Source of the DNA: Pseudovirgaria hyperparasitica
Taxonomy: Eukaryota
Length of the DNA stretch: 64,000 nucleotides
Assembly (NCBI GenBank): GCA_010093815.1
Contig: ML996579.1
Direction: 5' to 3' (one strand)
Part shown: positions 62,501-64,000 of the stretch, piece after piece
Layout: each line of letters opens with the position of its first letter
Numbering within the stretch: position 1 is the first letter of the stretch
Program-made: the position numbers and the translations under genes
The notes under the pieces: generated by a model
Told to the model about the DNA's origin: nothing
Seen by the model: the letters and a program-made list of their open reading frames with translations, nothing else
Databases searched by the model: none

Positions 62501-63695
62501 ACTCATTGTTGAAGGTAGCAGCTCCGATAGGCGCCTCAAGCATGATGTCCAGAGGGCTAGCAATATGCGACGGTTTGCCGACGTCAAGCTCCCAGGGCTG
62601 GACAAAGCCAGGGATCAGGAGGTCCGAGACGCTGTAACCTGTGAGACCCGTCTTAGGCTTCGATCCACGTCCGACTGCACCTTCGTCTCTGATTTCACCA
62701 CCAGAGCCTGTAGCCGCACCGGGATAAGGCGATACTGCTGTGGGATGATTGTGTGTCTCGACCTTGATAAGAATGTGAACTTGCTCCTTCGTGGACGTCC
62801 ATACACCGCTGGCGTGGTCCGGAGCCCAGTAGCTCGCCTGCTCACCCTGCAGGACGGCAGCATTATCACTGTATGCGCTTACTACGAAACCAGGATGCTT
62901 CTCATGTGTATTCCGGATCATCTTAAACAAGCTATGTGGTTTACGCATACCATCGATGGTCCAATCGGCGTTGAACTGCTTGTGCCTACAGTGCTCCGAG
63001 TTCACCTGAGCAAACATAAATAGTTCTACATCCACAGCATCTCTCTTGAGCTTGTTAGCATATGTGTCGACTAGGTATTCTATTTCGGAGGCGTCCAAAG
63101 CCAGTCCTAGCCTCCGATTTGCCTGTTGTGCAGCCGTAGCATCTGTCAGGGGGATCAGCTCTGCAGACTCTGGAATACCTTCGGCGAAGACGTCGTTGAG
63201 GTTGGGAGGTTCGCGGGTTATGTCTTGTGTCATGCGATCGTACAAGGTATCTCTAGAAGGAATTTCTGACTTGTCGATAGCCGTCTCGAATCTGGCCGCG
63301 ATGACCAAGCCACGCTCAATTCTTCTTACGCTGTTCCGTAGGCCGCATACATAGGATATGTTCGTGGCCTGCGAACTCCATGGTGAAATTGTACCCTTTC
63401 GTGGGACGATGTAAAACAGGGCGGTATGCGGGTCCAAGGGTTCTGCTTGACGATGGACGGCGTCAAGCAAAGTGGCAGATAGCCTATCTTCTGACGACGG
63501 GGAGTCGCCATATCGCAGGATGTCGGTCAACTTGAGTCTTTCTTCCTCTTGAAGTGCCTGTTTCGCGTCGACCAGATGAATCCATACGGCGCGAGCTTCA
63601 ACTGCTCCTATGTTCTTGGCTAGCTGTTGAAGGCGAAAGTCTGAGGACGCCAAAGAGCCCGGAATGATGAGGTAGGGGCCCTGCTGAGAAGTCAT
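59571..63695 (-). CDS. ADE6: Phosphoribosylformylglycinamidine synthase (FGAM synthase, large PurL), intronless
   Basis: [69 protein letters not shown]. An alternative upstream in-frame ATG lies near 63773. Confidence 0.97.
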   Translation of the reverse strand: MTSQQGPYLIIPGSLASSDFRLQQLAKNIGAVEARAVWIHLVDAKQALQEEERLKLTDILRYGDSPSSEDRLSATLLDAVHRQAEPLDPHTALFYIVPRKGTISPWSSQATNISYVCGLRNSVRRIERGLVIAARFETAIDKSEIPSRDTLYDRMTQDITREPPNLNDVFAEGIPESAELIPLTDATAAQQANRRLGLALDASEIEYLVDTYANKLKRDAVDVELFMFAQVNSEHCRHKQFNADWTIDGMRKPHSLFKMIRNTHEKHPGFVVSAYSDNAAVLQGEQASYWAPDHASGVWTSTKEQVHILIKVETHNHPTAVSPYPGAATGSGGEIRDEGAVGRGSKPKTGLTGYSVSDLLIPGFVQPWELDVGKPSHIASPLDIMLEAPIGAATFNNEFGRPATSGYWRTLTTEAPIDDKTTEIRGYHKPIMIAGGVGTVRPQYAVKEEGLVGPGAQIFVIGGPAMLIGLGGGAASSISSGEGSAELDFASVQRGNAEVQRRAQEVINTCTAMATNNPIRLIHDVGAGGLSNALPELVHDAGLGAKFELREVDNTDKGMSPMEIWCCEAQERYVLAVAPGRVAEFERICKRERCGYSKVGTATGSESDEGKQLILMDRDSKDHPTPIDLPMSILFGKPPKMSRIVESRKLRLPKFDSSLSTYLPSHPNDKLLDEAIERVLALPAVGSKSFLITIGDRTVGGLTVRDQMVGPYQTPVADVSVTATSLQGGIKTGEAMCMGEKPLHALISPAASARMAVVESLMNLAAASTFNRLERVRLSANWMAASSHPGEGANLYEAVEAIGMDLCPRLGISIPVGKDSMSMKMKWSDQSSKEPKEVTAPLSLVISAFAPVNRIDWTWTPALRRIEDVGETVIMFVDLAQGMKSMGASALAQVFGQIGDECPDVRDVDLIKDYYDAIEQLHEEEIVLAYHDRSEGGLFTTLVEMMFAGRCGLEISLENICPTKDVPSLLEALFNEELGAVFQIRKKDEIRFNKCFATCGPPPGLIKKIGRIPATSKQELSLRHGMDLIYRGSRSKLQQRWSATSYHMQRLRDNPACAESEYASILEDANPGLSFNLTYNPQESILPLKTSITSVISTKPRVAILREEGVNGQAEMAFAFASAGFSPIDVHMTDIINGRVSLASFVGLAACGGFSYGDVLGAGQGWAKSVLYNADTRREFIDYFERKDTFTLGVCNGCQFLSRLKELIPGADSWPTFERNVSEQYEARVCMVEVMDPPRAATDGYPIQPSAFLHGMHGSSIPIAVAHGEGRATFPADVASSVTPQALYERGLVSMRYVDNHLNQTEEYPANPNGSPLGITGVRTPDGKVLAMMPHPERTVLKEVASYYPEEQAKEWGEYGPWIRLFKSARRWVG

Positions 63696-63887
63696 GTTGG
63701 GCTCAGAGCGTGGAATCCCACCTGTAGTGGTGGTGAATGGCGACGCGCTGGATAAAAGCTCGTGGTGGGGCATAAATTATTCACTCTCACCCCACCAAAA
63801 AGCTTGCCAGGCGCCTGAAACTGCTTCCACATTATCAGCCAATCCGAGAGCTGCATGGAGGTCCCAACCCGGTTAGCTGAGAACCTA

Positions 63888-63906
63888 TAACCCTAACCCT
63901 AACCCT
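63888..63906. repeat. Interstitial telomere-type repeat (TAACCC)x3 upstream of ADE6
   Basis: taaccctaaccctaaccct. Confidence 0.8.
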
Positions 63907-64000
63907 GATATACGAGATGCTCCCTCAGAGTGTGACGCAGCGTGACGCAGACATTCAACGAGGGCCTAACTGCAAAATTACCCCATCTATCCCAAAGGGG

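Noticed and set aside
63888..63906. Chromosome end or telomerase RNA template
   Set aside because: Only three repeats with ordinary sequence on both sides. No other TER features can be assessed in the ~90 bp remaining.

Overview
Eukaryotic, gene-dense genomic DNA from a filamentous ascomycete (Pezizomycotina, possibly a Dothideomycete; this is inferred from short GT-AG introns with CTRAC branch points and from gene content). About 24 gene loci are supported. Most are housekeeping: glycogen synthase, SGT1, a CoA-transferase III enzyme, a FLILHELTA protein, an ING/PHD protein, MRPL15, RTT109, DLT1, a sucrase/ferredoxin-like protein, VPS1, VMA1, TFIIIC tau95, PP2A-B56, a fatty-acid elongase, COX6, a KTR mannosyltransferase, a GCP5-like protein and ADE6. 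There is also an RGG-tailed QDE-2-like Argonaute and an OB-fold protein. The most unusual part is a ~3.5 kb accessory island (41.2-44.7 kb) between VMA1 and TFC1. It holds (i) a 484-bp MITE/foldback element with ~92-bp TIRs around an interior with no CpA/TpG (RIP signature), (ii) a PTH11-like receptor gene whose only visible lesions are two in-frame stops at conserved Trp codons (TAG and TGA; RIP/pseudogenisation, or stops restorable by A-to-I editing), and (iii) an intronless atypical kinase. Other signals: an in-frame 78-aa upstream extension of VMA1, a GC-AG intron with a U-tract that splits the ING PHD finger, and telomere-type repeats in the ADE6 promoter. All calls come from manual reading; no database searches were run.
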